Source: Planctomycetota bacterium (lineage in GTDB: Bacteria > Planctomycetota > JAPUJT01). From it: a DNA stretch of 64,000 bases. Of the stretch, positions 1 through 8,168 are shown piece after piece. The notes under the pieces are model-generated. The model was not told where the DNA came from. It worked only from the letters and a program-made list of their open reading frames with translations, and ran no database searches. The stretch's first letter is position 1; each line of letters opens with the position of its first letter. Made by a program: the position numbers and the translations under genes. The stretch covers positions 2,992 to 66,991 of the forward strand of contig JAPUJT010000124.1 in the NCBI GenBank assembly GCA_027296055.1, written 5' to 3'.

Positions 1-160
1 ATCAGCGGAGCGGGACCTATATCGTCAGCGAGATACCGGATGGCGAGTAGGCAGCCGGAGGAAGCGCTCTATCTGTCGAATCGGTCCTTCACGAAGAAGT
101 AAAGCTCTTCCAGGAACCCACGAGGGCCCCCTCTACGACGCTAACTGATCGAGGGATCGA

Positions 161-901
161 ATGCCCTCCCTTCGACTCCGGTCTAACCTCCGGCGTATCT
201 ATCGCGCCACGTTGATCCTGCACGCCCTCCTCCGGGGTGTCCCGGAGGCGTGGATCTTCATCACCGGTCTGATCATCGCTCTTCTGGGCCGGGGCCTCCA
301 GGCCTGGGCATCCGGACACCTCGACAAGGTCAACGAACGGCGGGGCCCGGACCCGCCCGTCCCCACATCGAGCGGCCCCTTCGCACATGTGCGGAACCCG
401 ATCGCATGGTCATCCTTTCTCTCGGACGTCGGCCTCGGCATCCTGGCCGGCGCGGCCATCCCCGTCGCGGTCTATTCGGCGATCTACTGGTGGGTCGCCT
501 GGCGGCGGATCACCCGATATGAAGAGCCGATGCTTCGAAGGAGGTGCGGGGAGTCCTACGAGAGATACATCGAGATGACCCCCCGCCTCCTGCCCAGGCT
601 CCGGCGTCCTCGAGGATCGGCGAGTGGGTGGTTTTCGTGGCGTCGCTTCTGGGACAACGGCGAGCTTTCTCGCCTCCTGGGAGGCCTCACCTTGATCGGT
701 GTTTTCTACCTGATCGGTCTCTACCAGAGGGAGGGGGGGACCGCCCACCCCTGGTTCTGGCCGGCCCTCGGCCTCTTCGCCACACTGGGCGTGATCGGAC
801 TCGTCCTGCAAGGAGCCGAGTACAGACCCCACCTCGTTCGAACAAGGCTCCTCCGCTGGATCCGGGGGGATCGATCGACCGGCAAGACGGCGGCGCCTTG
901 A
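161..901 (+). CDS. ICMT/phospholipid-methyltransferase-family integral membrane methyltransferase
   Basis: ATG at 161 preceded by GAGGGA. 246 aa with several hydrophobic helices. Motif block GPFAHVRNPIAWSSFL...RRITRYEEPMLRRRCGESYERYIEMTPRLLP is typical of the isoprenylcysteine carboxyl / phospholipid methyltransferase fold. Confidence 0.7.
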   Translation: MPSLRLRSNLRRIYRATLILHALLRGVPEAWIFITGLIIALLGRGLQAWASGHLDKVNERRGPDPPVPTSSGPFAHVRNPIAWSSFLSDVGLGILAGAAIPVAVYSAIYWWVAWRRITRYEEPMLRRRCGESYERYIEMTPRLLPRLRRPRGSASGWFSWRRFWDNGELSRLLGGLTLIGVFYLIGLYQREGGTAHPWFWPALGLFATLGVIGLVLQGAEYRPHLVRTRLLRWIRGDRSTGKTAAP

Positions 902-927
902 TAGCCGACGGTCCGTGGCTCTATACT
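898..927 (+). promoter_or_regulatory. Candidate sigma70-type promoter for the CARDB lipoprotein genes
   Basis: TTGATA (898-903), 18-nt spacer, TATACT (922-927). It lies ~60 nt upstream of the ATG at 991 and overlaps the stop codon of the upstream gene. This supports 991 rather than 544 as the start. Confidence 0.45.
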
Positions 928-990
928 GTCAAGATCCAGCGAGATGGGGGGGAGAGGGATACGCCGATGTGCGGTCGGGAGGAGAGCGAG

Positions 991-2823
991 ATGACTCTGC
1001 GAAATTCGGGGGAGCGGATGGTGATCTGCCTGTCGGTGCTTCTGGCCCTGGCCCTTCTTGCCGGGGCCTGCGGAGGAGGGGGCGGGAGCGGGAAGAAACG
1101 GCAAGGTACGCCGGATCTTCAGGTGATGGCGGCCAGCGAGACGGTGACAGGAGCAACGGTTACCTACTCGGTCACCGTAGAGAACGCCGGAGGAGCCGGC
1201 GCGGCCTCGTTTCAGGTCGACCTCTACTACGATCTCGGCGCCGCCCCAGCGTCCGGAGCGAGCGGGGACGACTCCCGGATCATCGCCTCTCTCCCCGGCG
1301 GCGGCACGCAGACACTGACGTTCACCCGCTCGGCTACTCCTCCAGGGAACTACTCGTCGTGGGTGCAGGTGGACACAATCGATGACATCGCGGAATCGGA
1401 TGAGTCCAACAACATTTCGGGACCCATCCCCGTGACGGTGGTCCCCGGCGTCGGAATCGACCTCGCCGTGTCCTCCTTCGTTGCGACCCAGGTCGGTCCG
1501 GATCTCGTCTACGACGTGGACGTGACCAACTTCGGCACGACTCCGTCAGGGGCGTTCGACGTGGATCTCTACCACGACCGCCAGACGGCCCCTGGCCTGG
1601 CCGATGCGGGAGACGATGTCCAGACGATCTCCAACCTTCCTGGAGGAATGACCCAGACGGCGACGTTTACCTGGTCGAGTCCCCCCACCGGCACGTACTT
1701 CTCCTGGACGCGGCTGGACCGTGCCGACGTCGTGGCGGAGACGGACGAGACCAACAATGTGGAAGGCCCCGTCGCTATCTCCGTCGGGACCAACCTTCCC
1801 GAGCTCGTCATCACGAGATTCTCCTCCGTCGTGTCCGGATCCACGGTGGACTACACCGTCGATGTGACCAACGCCGGTCCGGTGGCCGCGGGCATGTTCT
1901 CGGTGGATCTCTACTATGATCTACCCGGTGCGCCGGCGCCTTCCATACCCGGCGACGTCACCAGTCTCGTCGCGAGCCTGGACGCAGGGGCCAGCCAGAC
2001 GTTGATGTTCACGCGCACGGCAACGCCGGCGGGCACGTACTCATCCTGGGCTCAGGTGGACACGACGGACGCCGTGGCCGAAGTGGACGAGGGGAACAAC
2101 GTGGCGGGGCCCGAGGCGGTCACTGTCATCTCGGTGCTGCCTGACCTCTTGATCACCCGGTTCGTCTCGGTGATCAGCGGGTCGAACGTGACGTATTCCA
2201 TCGACTTGATGAACGTTGGATCCGGTGACGCGGGTCCCTTCGATCTGGATCTCTACTACGATCTGCCGGGAGCGCCGCTCCCGCAGGCGACAGGGGATCA
2301 GACGATGGCGGTGGTCGGGCTCGCCTCGGGCGCGAGCACGATGCTGACCTTCGGCCGGACGGCCACGCCAGCCGGAACGTACTCCTCCTGGGTGCAGGTG
2401 GACGCCGCCGAGGTTGTGGCCGAGGGGGACGAGGGGAATAACATTGCTGGTCCGCAGACGGTGACGGTAGGAGGGCCAGCCGGAGCCGACCTCACTGTTA
2501 CGAACTTCACGTCCACCATTCGGGGGACGATCGTCACCTACGTGATCGAGGTGAGCAACCAGGGCATGACTGACACGGGTGTGGCTGTCGAGCTAGACCT
2601 CTACTGGGACCTCGGCTCTCCGCCGTCTCCCCCCGCCCGGGGGGATCAGAGCGTCACCGTGCCGCCCCTGGCCGCGGGGGCGTCACAGATCGTCCAGATC
2701 ATCCGGACGATGGTCCCTTCCGGAACTTACAATTCTTACGTCCTCGTCGATACTCTGGACGTGCTGGCCGAAGCGGATGAAGGGAACAACACCGCCGGCC
2801 CGGAAGTAGTGACCGTTCCCTAG
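991..2823 (+). CDS. CARDB-repeat lipoprotein (5 tandem ~108-aa modules)
   Basis: In-frame ATG at 991 with GGGAGGAG 9 nt upstream. The track ORF start at 544 overlaps the previous gene. Signal peptide plus Cys (LLALALLAGAC) followed by a GGGGGSGKK linker. Five repeats of DL.V....G..VTY.V.V.N.G...AG.F.VDLYYD....P...GD....V.SL..G.S.TLTF.RTATPAGTYSSW.QVD....V.E.DE.NN..GP, a CARDB-like signature. Confidence 0.8.
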   Translation: MTLRNSGERMVICLSVLLALALLAGACGGGGGSGKKRQGTPDLQVMAASETVTGATVTYSVTVENAGGAGAASFQVDLYYDLGAAPASGASGDDSRIIASLPGGGTQTLTFTRSATPPGNYSSWVQVDTIDDIAESDESNNISGPIPVTVVPGVGIDLAVSSFVATQVGPDLVYDVDVTNFGTTPSGAFDVDLYHDRQTAPGLADAGDDVQTISNLPGGMTQTATFTWSSPPTGTYFSWTRLDRADVVAETDETNNVEGPVAISVGTNLPELVITRFSSVVSGSTVDYTVDVTNAGPVAAGMFSVDLYYDLPGAPAPSIPGDVTSLVASLDAGASQTLMFTRTATPAGTYSSWAQVDTTDAVAEVDEGNNVAGPEAVTVISVLPDLLITRFVSVISGSNVTYSIDLMNVGSGDAGPFDLDLYYDLPGAPLPQATGDQTMAVVGLASGASTMLTFGRTATPAGTYSSWVQVDAAEVVAEGDEGNNIAGPQTVTVGGPAGADLTVTNFTSTIRGTIVTYVIEVSNQGMTDTGVAVELDLYWDLGSPPSPPARGDQSVTVPPLAAGASQIVQIIRTMVPSGTYNSYVLVDTLDVLAEADEGNNTAGPEVVTVP

Positions 2824-2879
2824 CGCGGGGTTTTTCAAGGGATGAATCAACGGCTCTCAGGGCCGAGGAGGAGAGGGGA

Positions 2880-5726
2880 ATGTCTTCGAAGCGTTCGGGG
2901 CTCGAACGGGACGCCTGGCGGATCGCATCTCTGAGCGCTCTGGTTTTCATCCTGGGCTGCGGGGGTGGGGGGGGCTCGAAGAAAAAGGCGGCCGCCGATC
3001 TGGAGGCGACCAATGTCAGTGCCCCGGTGACCATGACGACCGTCACCTACCAGGTGACGGTGAGTAACCTCGGTGGCAAGGCCGCATCATCGTTCCGCGT
3101 CGATCTCTACTACGACCTGGCATCTCCGCCCGCGATGGGAGCGGCGGGGGACGCCTCCCAGACAATCACTTCCCTCGCGGCCGGCGACGTCCAGACGCTC
3201 ACATTCGTGCGAACGGCGACTCCGCCCGGCTCCTATTCCTCCTGGGTCCAGGTCGACACGCTGGACGTCGTCTCCGAGTCCGATGAGACGAACAACGTCC
3301 GGGGCCCCACCAACGTCAACGTCACCCTGCCCAATGTCCCCGACCTGGAAGTGGTGAGCATGAGCGCCTCCGTCACGGGTTCGACGGTGACCTACATGGT
3401 GACGGTGGTGAACTCGGGAAACTTCGCAGCGGGAGCCTTTCAGGTCGACATCTACTACGACCAGGGGACGGCCCCGATGCCGGCGGTTCCCGGTGACGAC
3501 TCCCAGGTCGTCTCATCCCTCGGCGCTGCGGCGCTGACGACGCTGACCTTCGTTCGCTCGGCGACGCCAGCGGCCACGTACAGTTCGTGGGCCCAGGCGG
3601 ACACTCTCGGTGCCGTGATGGAATCGAACGAGAACAACAACACCGCCGGTCCGGTCATTGTCACCGTGACCGCTCCCCCGTCACCCGACCTGGCGGTCTC
3701 TTCCTTTTCGGCCTCGGTGGTCGGATCGGACGTCACTTATGATGTGGAGGTGATCAATCTCGGCACCGGCTCGGCGGGAGCGTTCGACGTCGACCTCTAT
3801 TACGATCGGGCCGCGGCCCCGGGCCCCGGAACCCCCGGCGACGACTCGCAGAGCGTCGCCTCTCTGGCGGGCGGGGCCACGATGATGCTCACGTTCAGCC
3901 TGATCGGCGCTCCGTCGGGGAGCTATCTATCCTGGCTCCAGCTGGATCGCGCCGACGCGGTCGTCGAATCGGACGAGACGAACAATATCGATGGACCTCT
4001 TCCGGTGGCAGTCGGATCGAGCCAGCCGGAGCTCCTGATCACCGCCTTCACGTCGAGTGTGTCCGGGATGACGGTCCAGTACTCCGTCGAGGTGACCAAT
4101 GCAGGCCCCGTGGCGGCGGGGATCTTTTCCGTGGATGTCTACTATGATCTGCTCACTCCCCCGACGGTCGGAATGGCCGGGGATGACTCCAATCTGGTGG
4201 CGAGCCTGGCCTCCGGGGTGTCCACGGTGATCAATTTCTCGAGGACGGGTACTCCGACTGGCACGTACGATTCGTACGCCTTCGCCGACTCGTTCGACGA
4301 CGTGGCCGAATCCGACGAGGGGAACAACGTAGCAGGACCGGAAGTGGTGACGGTGCTGACACTGGCGGATCTCGTGATCATCGGCCTCTCTTCCAGCGTG
4401 TCTGGCTCCGACGTGACGTACACGGTAAGTATTCTGAACCAGGGCGGGACGGCGGCGGGCGCGTTCGACCTGGACATCTACTACGATCAGCCCGGGGCGC
4501 CCCTGCAGGGCGTGGGGGGCGACGAAGCGATGGTCGTGGTGGGGCTCGCGGCAGGCGCGGGTACGACGGTGATTTTCACTCGCGCCGGCGCGCCGGCGGG
4601 TACGTTCACTTCGTGGGCCCAGGTCGACACGCAGGACGCCATAGGCGAATCGAATGAGACGAACAACACGGCGGGTCCCGAAGTGGTCATGGTGGGGATC
4701 GCTGCGGACCTCGTGATACTGAGCTTCGCCGCCAGCGTGGCGGGGACCACAGTGACGTATACGATGGACGTCTTCAACCAGGGGGGGACGGCTGCAGGTC
4801 CCTTCGATGTCGACGTCTACTACGATCTGCCAGGGGCTCCCTCCTCCGGGGCGCCCGGAGACAACTCGACCAGCGTGTCGAGCCTGGCGCCCAGCGCGAG
4901 TGTCCCGCTCGTATTCACGCGGACGGGCACGCCGGTGGGCACCTATGACTCCTGGATTCAAGTCGACACGCTGAACGCGGTCGTCGAGTCGAACGAGGCG
5001 AACAACGTGACCGGGCCGGAGATCGTCGTGATCTCCGGTATGCCGGATCTGATCATCACCGCCTTCGGAGCCAGCGTGTCCGGCTCCGCGGTGACCTACT
5101 CGGTGACCGTGATGAACCAGGGGACCGGTGCCGCCAGCGCGTTCGATGTGGACGTCTACTACGATCTCCCATCGGCGCCGTCGAGCGGAATGTCGGGGGA
5201 CGATGACCGATCGGTCCTCAGCCTGGCTGCAGGAATGAGCGCGAACGTGACGATGACCCGCAGCGCCACACCCGACGGCAGCTACAATTCGTGGGCGCAG
5301 GTCGATGCGTTCAACGCCGTGGGAGAATCGAACGAGAACAACAACGTGGATGGTCCCGTGTCCGTCTCGGTGGGCGTCGGCGGCCCGCCGGATCTGGTCA
5401 TCACGAGCTTCACGGCCCAGGTCGTCGGCTCGGACGTGACCTATGACATTGAAGTGACGAATACGGGCGGCACGGATGTGACTACCGCCTTCACGGTGGA
5501 CCTCTACTATGACCTGACCGTGCCTCCCTGCCCCTTCCAGGGAGGAAACGAGATCGATGTGATCACGACCCTCTCGGCGGGGGCGAGCCAGATCGTGACC
5601 TTCACCCGGATTGGGACGGTCACGGGGACGTACGACTCCTACGCCCAGGTAGACACCTTCCTCGGGGTGGTCGAATCCGACGAGACCAACAACGTTGCCG
5701 GACCCCTCGTCGTGATCGTCCCGTGA
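2880..5726 (+). CDS. CARDB-repeat lipoprotein (8 tandem modules)
   Basis: ATG at 2880 with GGAGGAGAGGGG upstream. Signal peptide and lipobox-like LVFILGC followed by GGGGGSKKK. Eight copies of the module seen in the upstream paralog (VD[LIV]YYD ... ESDE[TG]NN). Confidence 0.85.
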   Translation: MSSKRSGLERDAWRIASLSALVFILGCGGGGGSKKKAAADLEATNVSAPVTMTTVTYQVTVSNLGGKAASSFRVDLYYDLASPPAMGAAGDASQTITSLAAGDVQTLTFVRTATPPGSYSSWVQVDTLDVVSESDETNNVRGPTNVNVTLPNVPDLEVVSMSASVTGSTVTYMVTVVNSGNFAAGAFQVDIYYDQGTAPMPAVPGDDSQVVSSLGAAALTTLTFVRSATPAATYSSWAQADTLGAVMESNENNNTAGPVIVTVTAPPSPDLAVSSFSASVVGSDVTYDVEVINLGTGSAGAFDVDLYYDRAAAPGPGTPGDDSQSVASLAGGATMMLTFSLIGAPSGSYLSWLQLDRADAVVESDETNNIDGPLPVAVGSSQPELLITAFTSSVSGMTVQYSVEVTNAGPVAAGIFSVDVYYDLLTPPTVGMAGDDSNLVASLASGVSTVINFSRTGTPTGTYDSYAFADSFDDVAESDEGNNVAGPEVVTVLTLADLVIIGLSSSVSGSDVTYTVSILNQGGTAAGAFDLDIYYDQPGAPLQGVGGDEAMVVVGLAAGAGTTVIFTRAGAPAGTFTSWAQVDTQDAIGESNETNNTAGPEVVMVGIAADLVILSFAASVAGTTVTYTMDVFNQGGTAAGPFDVDVYYDLPGAPSSGAPGDNSTSVSSLAPSASVPLVFTRTGTPVGTYDSWIQVDTLNAVVESNEANNVTGPEIVVISGMPDLIITAFGASVSGSAVTYSVTVMNQGTGAASAFDVDVYYDLPSAPSSGMSGDDDRSVLSLAAGMSANVTMTRSATPDGSYNSWAQVDAFNAVGESNENNNVDGPVSVSVGVGGPPDLVITSFTAQVVGSDVTYDIEVTNTGGTDVTTAFTVDLYYDLTVPPCPFQGGNEIDVITTLSAGASQIVTFTRIGTVTGTYDSYAQVDTFLGVVESDETNNVAGPLVVIVP

Positions 5727-5758
5727 TCCGTGCTGCCTGTCCGAGCTTGCTGAAAAGA

Positions 5759-5789
5759 AAAGGGCGCCACCAGTGAGGTGGCGCCCTTT
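5759..5789. terminator. Bidirectional intrinsic terminator between convergent genes
   Basis: Perfect 13-bp inverted repeat AAAGGGCGCCACC / GGTGGCGCCCTTT with the 5-nt loop AGTGA. It sits between the stop codons at 5726 (+) and 5814 (-). The stem is followed by a T-run on the minus strand (TTTTCTTTT) and by TTT on the plus strand. Confidence 0.7.
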
Positions 5790-5813
5790 CAGGTAATATT
5801 CTCGAAACAGACG

Positions 5814-7886
5814 CTACGGCTTCTTGAGCTGACCCGGCGCCGAAGAGGTGCCCCGCTTGATCACGCGGATCGTGTCCTGCGCGAACCAGCCAGCCCCATC
5901 GAAGGTCTCGCCACGAACAGTGATGAGGGTCTCGGGACCCTCTTGCAGGATGTTCGCCAGCGGTCCACGCGGAATCTTGATCATCAGGTCGGTCGAGCCG
6001 TTCCCGTTCGCATCCCCTAGAGCAAAGCGAGCAGAGGCGAAGACCGGCTCCTCCGGGTTGGCCCCCTCGAACCGGATCGTGCTCGGATCGAGGTCCGCCG
6101 GCGTCATGTCATCCCCGACCGTCTCGATGTAGACCGTCACCCACCGGCCCCCGCTGTTCAGATTCAACGTATCCGGATCGACGTCAATCGTCACCGCCGC
6201 CTCGGTTTGAAGCTGTCCCACCGCTGCGGCGTTCGAGAACGCATACAGGTTCCAGCTGCTGAGCGCGGTCCCGTCGAGGACGGCAACCGTGCCGCCGGCC
6301 TCCGCGAGGCCCGGGCCGGGACAAAGGAAGTCGGTGTTGCCCTTGTAGCAAACCGGTTCGGTGGAGATGCCCGTGAATGTCAGGAAGGACGCGCCTTCGA
6401 GCTGGCTCGGAGGCAACTCGGAGGCGAAGACCTGCTCGCCATGTCCGTCGCCATCCGGATTCCCAGCGTCCGTGTCGCTACCCCATAGATAGAGGTAGAA
6501 TTCCGTGTCGCAGGTCACTGTGTACGTCCCCAGGCTCCCCGAGGCTCCCGGTGAGATCGACGCGCCGAGGTACTCGCGGCAGTTGCCCGCCTGATCGGTG
6601 CATGAGTCCCCGAAGTCACATGGAAAGAGGGGGTCCGGGGACTTGTTGGCGTCGCATAGCTTGAACGAGTAGAAGGAGAACGGAAAGCCATAGTTGGCCG
6701 GATCACTGCCGGTCTGGAAAGCGGGCGTATTCTGAGAATCGTTCAGGACCGAGATGACGACGCACTGCTCGGTGGCAGGCGTCCCGTCCCACGGGCAGGG
6801 GGGGGCCGTCCCGGCGATGTTGATATTCCCCACCTCGTCCGCGGAGCCGATCGCGCCGACCGGCTCCTCAGCGAATCCGACTTCAAATACTTTGATGTCC
6901 GCCCCCGCGCCGTTGGGGCCGAAGGCGGTCGCGTTTCTCAGGATGGAGACATAGTTCACCGTGATCGTGCCTCCGCAGCCGACCGTGATCCAACCGGGCC
7001 ACTGGAGCTTTCCCGGAGGGGGCGAGGCCCCGTAGACTGGGGCGTAGGCGGTGTCCGCGGAGGCATCCCCGTCGCAGTCCAGGATGCTGACGAAAACCCC
7101 CGCCGTGTCGGTGATGATGGACGACGAGAAAGAGCCTACGATCGCAGCCGTCTGAGGGTTCAGCGGGTCCAGAAGAAAGTCCGGGTTTCCCGCCATGCCG
7201 GCCGTTCGCGGGAGCAGGCCCAGCGTCGTCAGCCCGGCGTCGAGGTGGGTCCCCAGCAGGTTGTCGTAGGGGAGCACGCTGCAATCCGGGTCCAGGAACG
7301 GACTCGGATGGAGCGCAGGGTCCTCGTAAGGCCCGTACTCCTCGTCGGTGACCGCCATTGTGAAGGGGTTCAGCGAGTTGACGCGGACTCCGGGAAAGAA
7401 CCGCGCATGAGACGTCGGGTTCACGTAGGCGGCGCCGTTCCAGGCCGTGACTGCGTGAAACTCGGGGCCCGTGAAGATATCGAACGAAGCGCTGCCCGTG
7501 ACACAGGCCGGGATGATCGTCACCGGGTCGTCGTCGTGATCGTCGAAGAGTTCGACGGCCTTGATCTCCGTCACGCCGTCAGGCAGGACGAAGTAGTAAA
7601 TTCCGACCCCTCCACCGAAATCGGGGAAGTTGCCAAATCCCGCCGGCGGGGCCAGTTCCGCCGGATTTCCGATGATGGGGAATCCGAGGGACGCGAAGGG
7701 AAAGGCGTTATCGCGGACTGCCGTCGGGTCGAAGGCCGCGGTGTTGGTGCCGTATGGGTCCCCCTCGACCTGTCCGGTTACGTCCATGCGATGGAGCTTG
7801 ACGTTTTCCTGGGCCTGAACCGATGCCCCCGCCAACAGGCCAAGGGCGGCGATACACGCCAAGACCCGGCCGAACGAAAACCTCAT
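5814..7886 (-). CDS. Secreted Cys-rich protein of unknown function
   Basis: ATG at 7886 with GGAGGAGGG upstream. Sec signal MRFSFGRVLACIAALGLLAGASVQA-QE. 690 aa with ~20 Cys. C-terminal module DPDTLNLNSGGRWVTVYIE...GDANGNGSTDLMIK...TVRGETFDG..F.AQDTIRVI. No catalytic motif recognised. Confidence 0.75.
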   Translation of the reverse strand: MRFSFGRVLACIAALGLLAGASVQAQENVKLHRMDVTGQVEGDPYGTNTAAFDPTAVRDNAFPFASLGFPIIGNPAELAPPAGFGNFPDFGGGVGIYYFVLPDGVTEIKAVELFDDHDDDPVTIIPACVTGSASFDIFTGPEFHAVTAWNGAAYVNPTSHARFFPGVRVNSLNPFTMAVTDEEYGPYEDPALHPSPFLDPDCSVLPYDNLLGTHLDAGLTTLGLLPRTAGMAGNPDFLLDPLNPQTAAIVGSFSSSIITDTAGVFVSILDCDGDASADTAYAPVYGASPPPGKLQWPGWITVGCGGTITVNYVSILRNATAFGPNGAGADIKVFEVGFAEEPVGAIGSADEVGNINIAGTAPPCPWDGTPATEQCVVISVLNDSQNTPAFQTGSDPANYGFPFSFYSFKLCDANKSPDPLFPCDFGDSCTDQAGNCREYLGASISPGASGSLGTYTVTCDTEFYLYLWGSDTDAGNPDGDGHGEQVFASELPPSQLEGASFLTFTGISTEPVCYKGNTDFLCPGPGLAEAGGTVAVLDGTALSSWNLYAFSNAAAVGQLQTEAAVTIDVDPDTLNLNSGGRWVTVYIETVGDDMTPADLDPSTIRFEGANPEEPVFASARFALGDANGNGSTDLMIKIPRGPLANILQEGPETLITVRGETFDGAGWFAQDTIRVIKRGTSSAPGQLKKP

Positions 7887-8168
7887 ATTCCCTCCTCCTC
7901 TGAAACGGCGACCCCGACATCCGAGCTTGGCGAGGCCGCCTCTCTGGATCCTGGCCCGCGCGATCCGACGCGCGAGGATTCAATTTCCCGACGATGGGAA
8001 CGCGTCAATCGGCTGGTCCGATTGCGCGTGCTTCATACTGTACAAACTGAACTACTTGGGGGATTTGTTCCTGGTCGATCGAGCCCCAAATATAGACGCT
8101 CGGTCGACTAACGTCAAGAAGATACCACGGATTCCCGGGAGGAGCAAGATCAAACCGCTGACGACTCA

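Noticed and set aside
1-160. A possible 3' end of an upstream gene at the left edge. One frame ends at 97-99 (...EEALYLSNRSFTKK*), and another ends near 50.
   Set aside because: The fragment is too short to choose a frame or assign a function.
544-990. A 150-aa N-terminal extension of the first CARDB ORF (track start at 544) that overlaps the ICMT-like gene.
   Set aside because: The extension is Pro/Arg-rich and overlaps a well-supported gene in another frame. A strong SD plus signal peptide begins at 991, and a promoter candidate lies at 898-927.
7887-8168. A relatively AT-rich 282-bp gap between the NHL lipoprotein gene and the Cys-rich secreted protein gene, examined for promoter, sRNA or tRNA features.
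   Set aside because: I could not find a convincing -35/-10 pair, hairpin-plus-T-run or cloverleaf-like structure by eye. It probably holds a promoter, but I cannot localise it.
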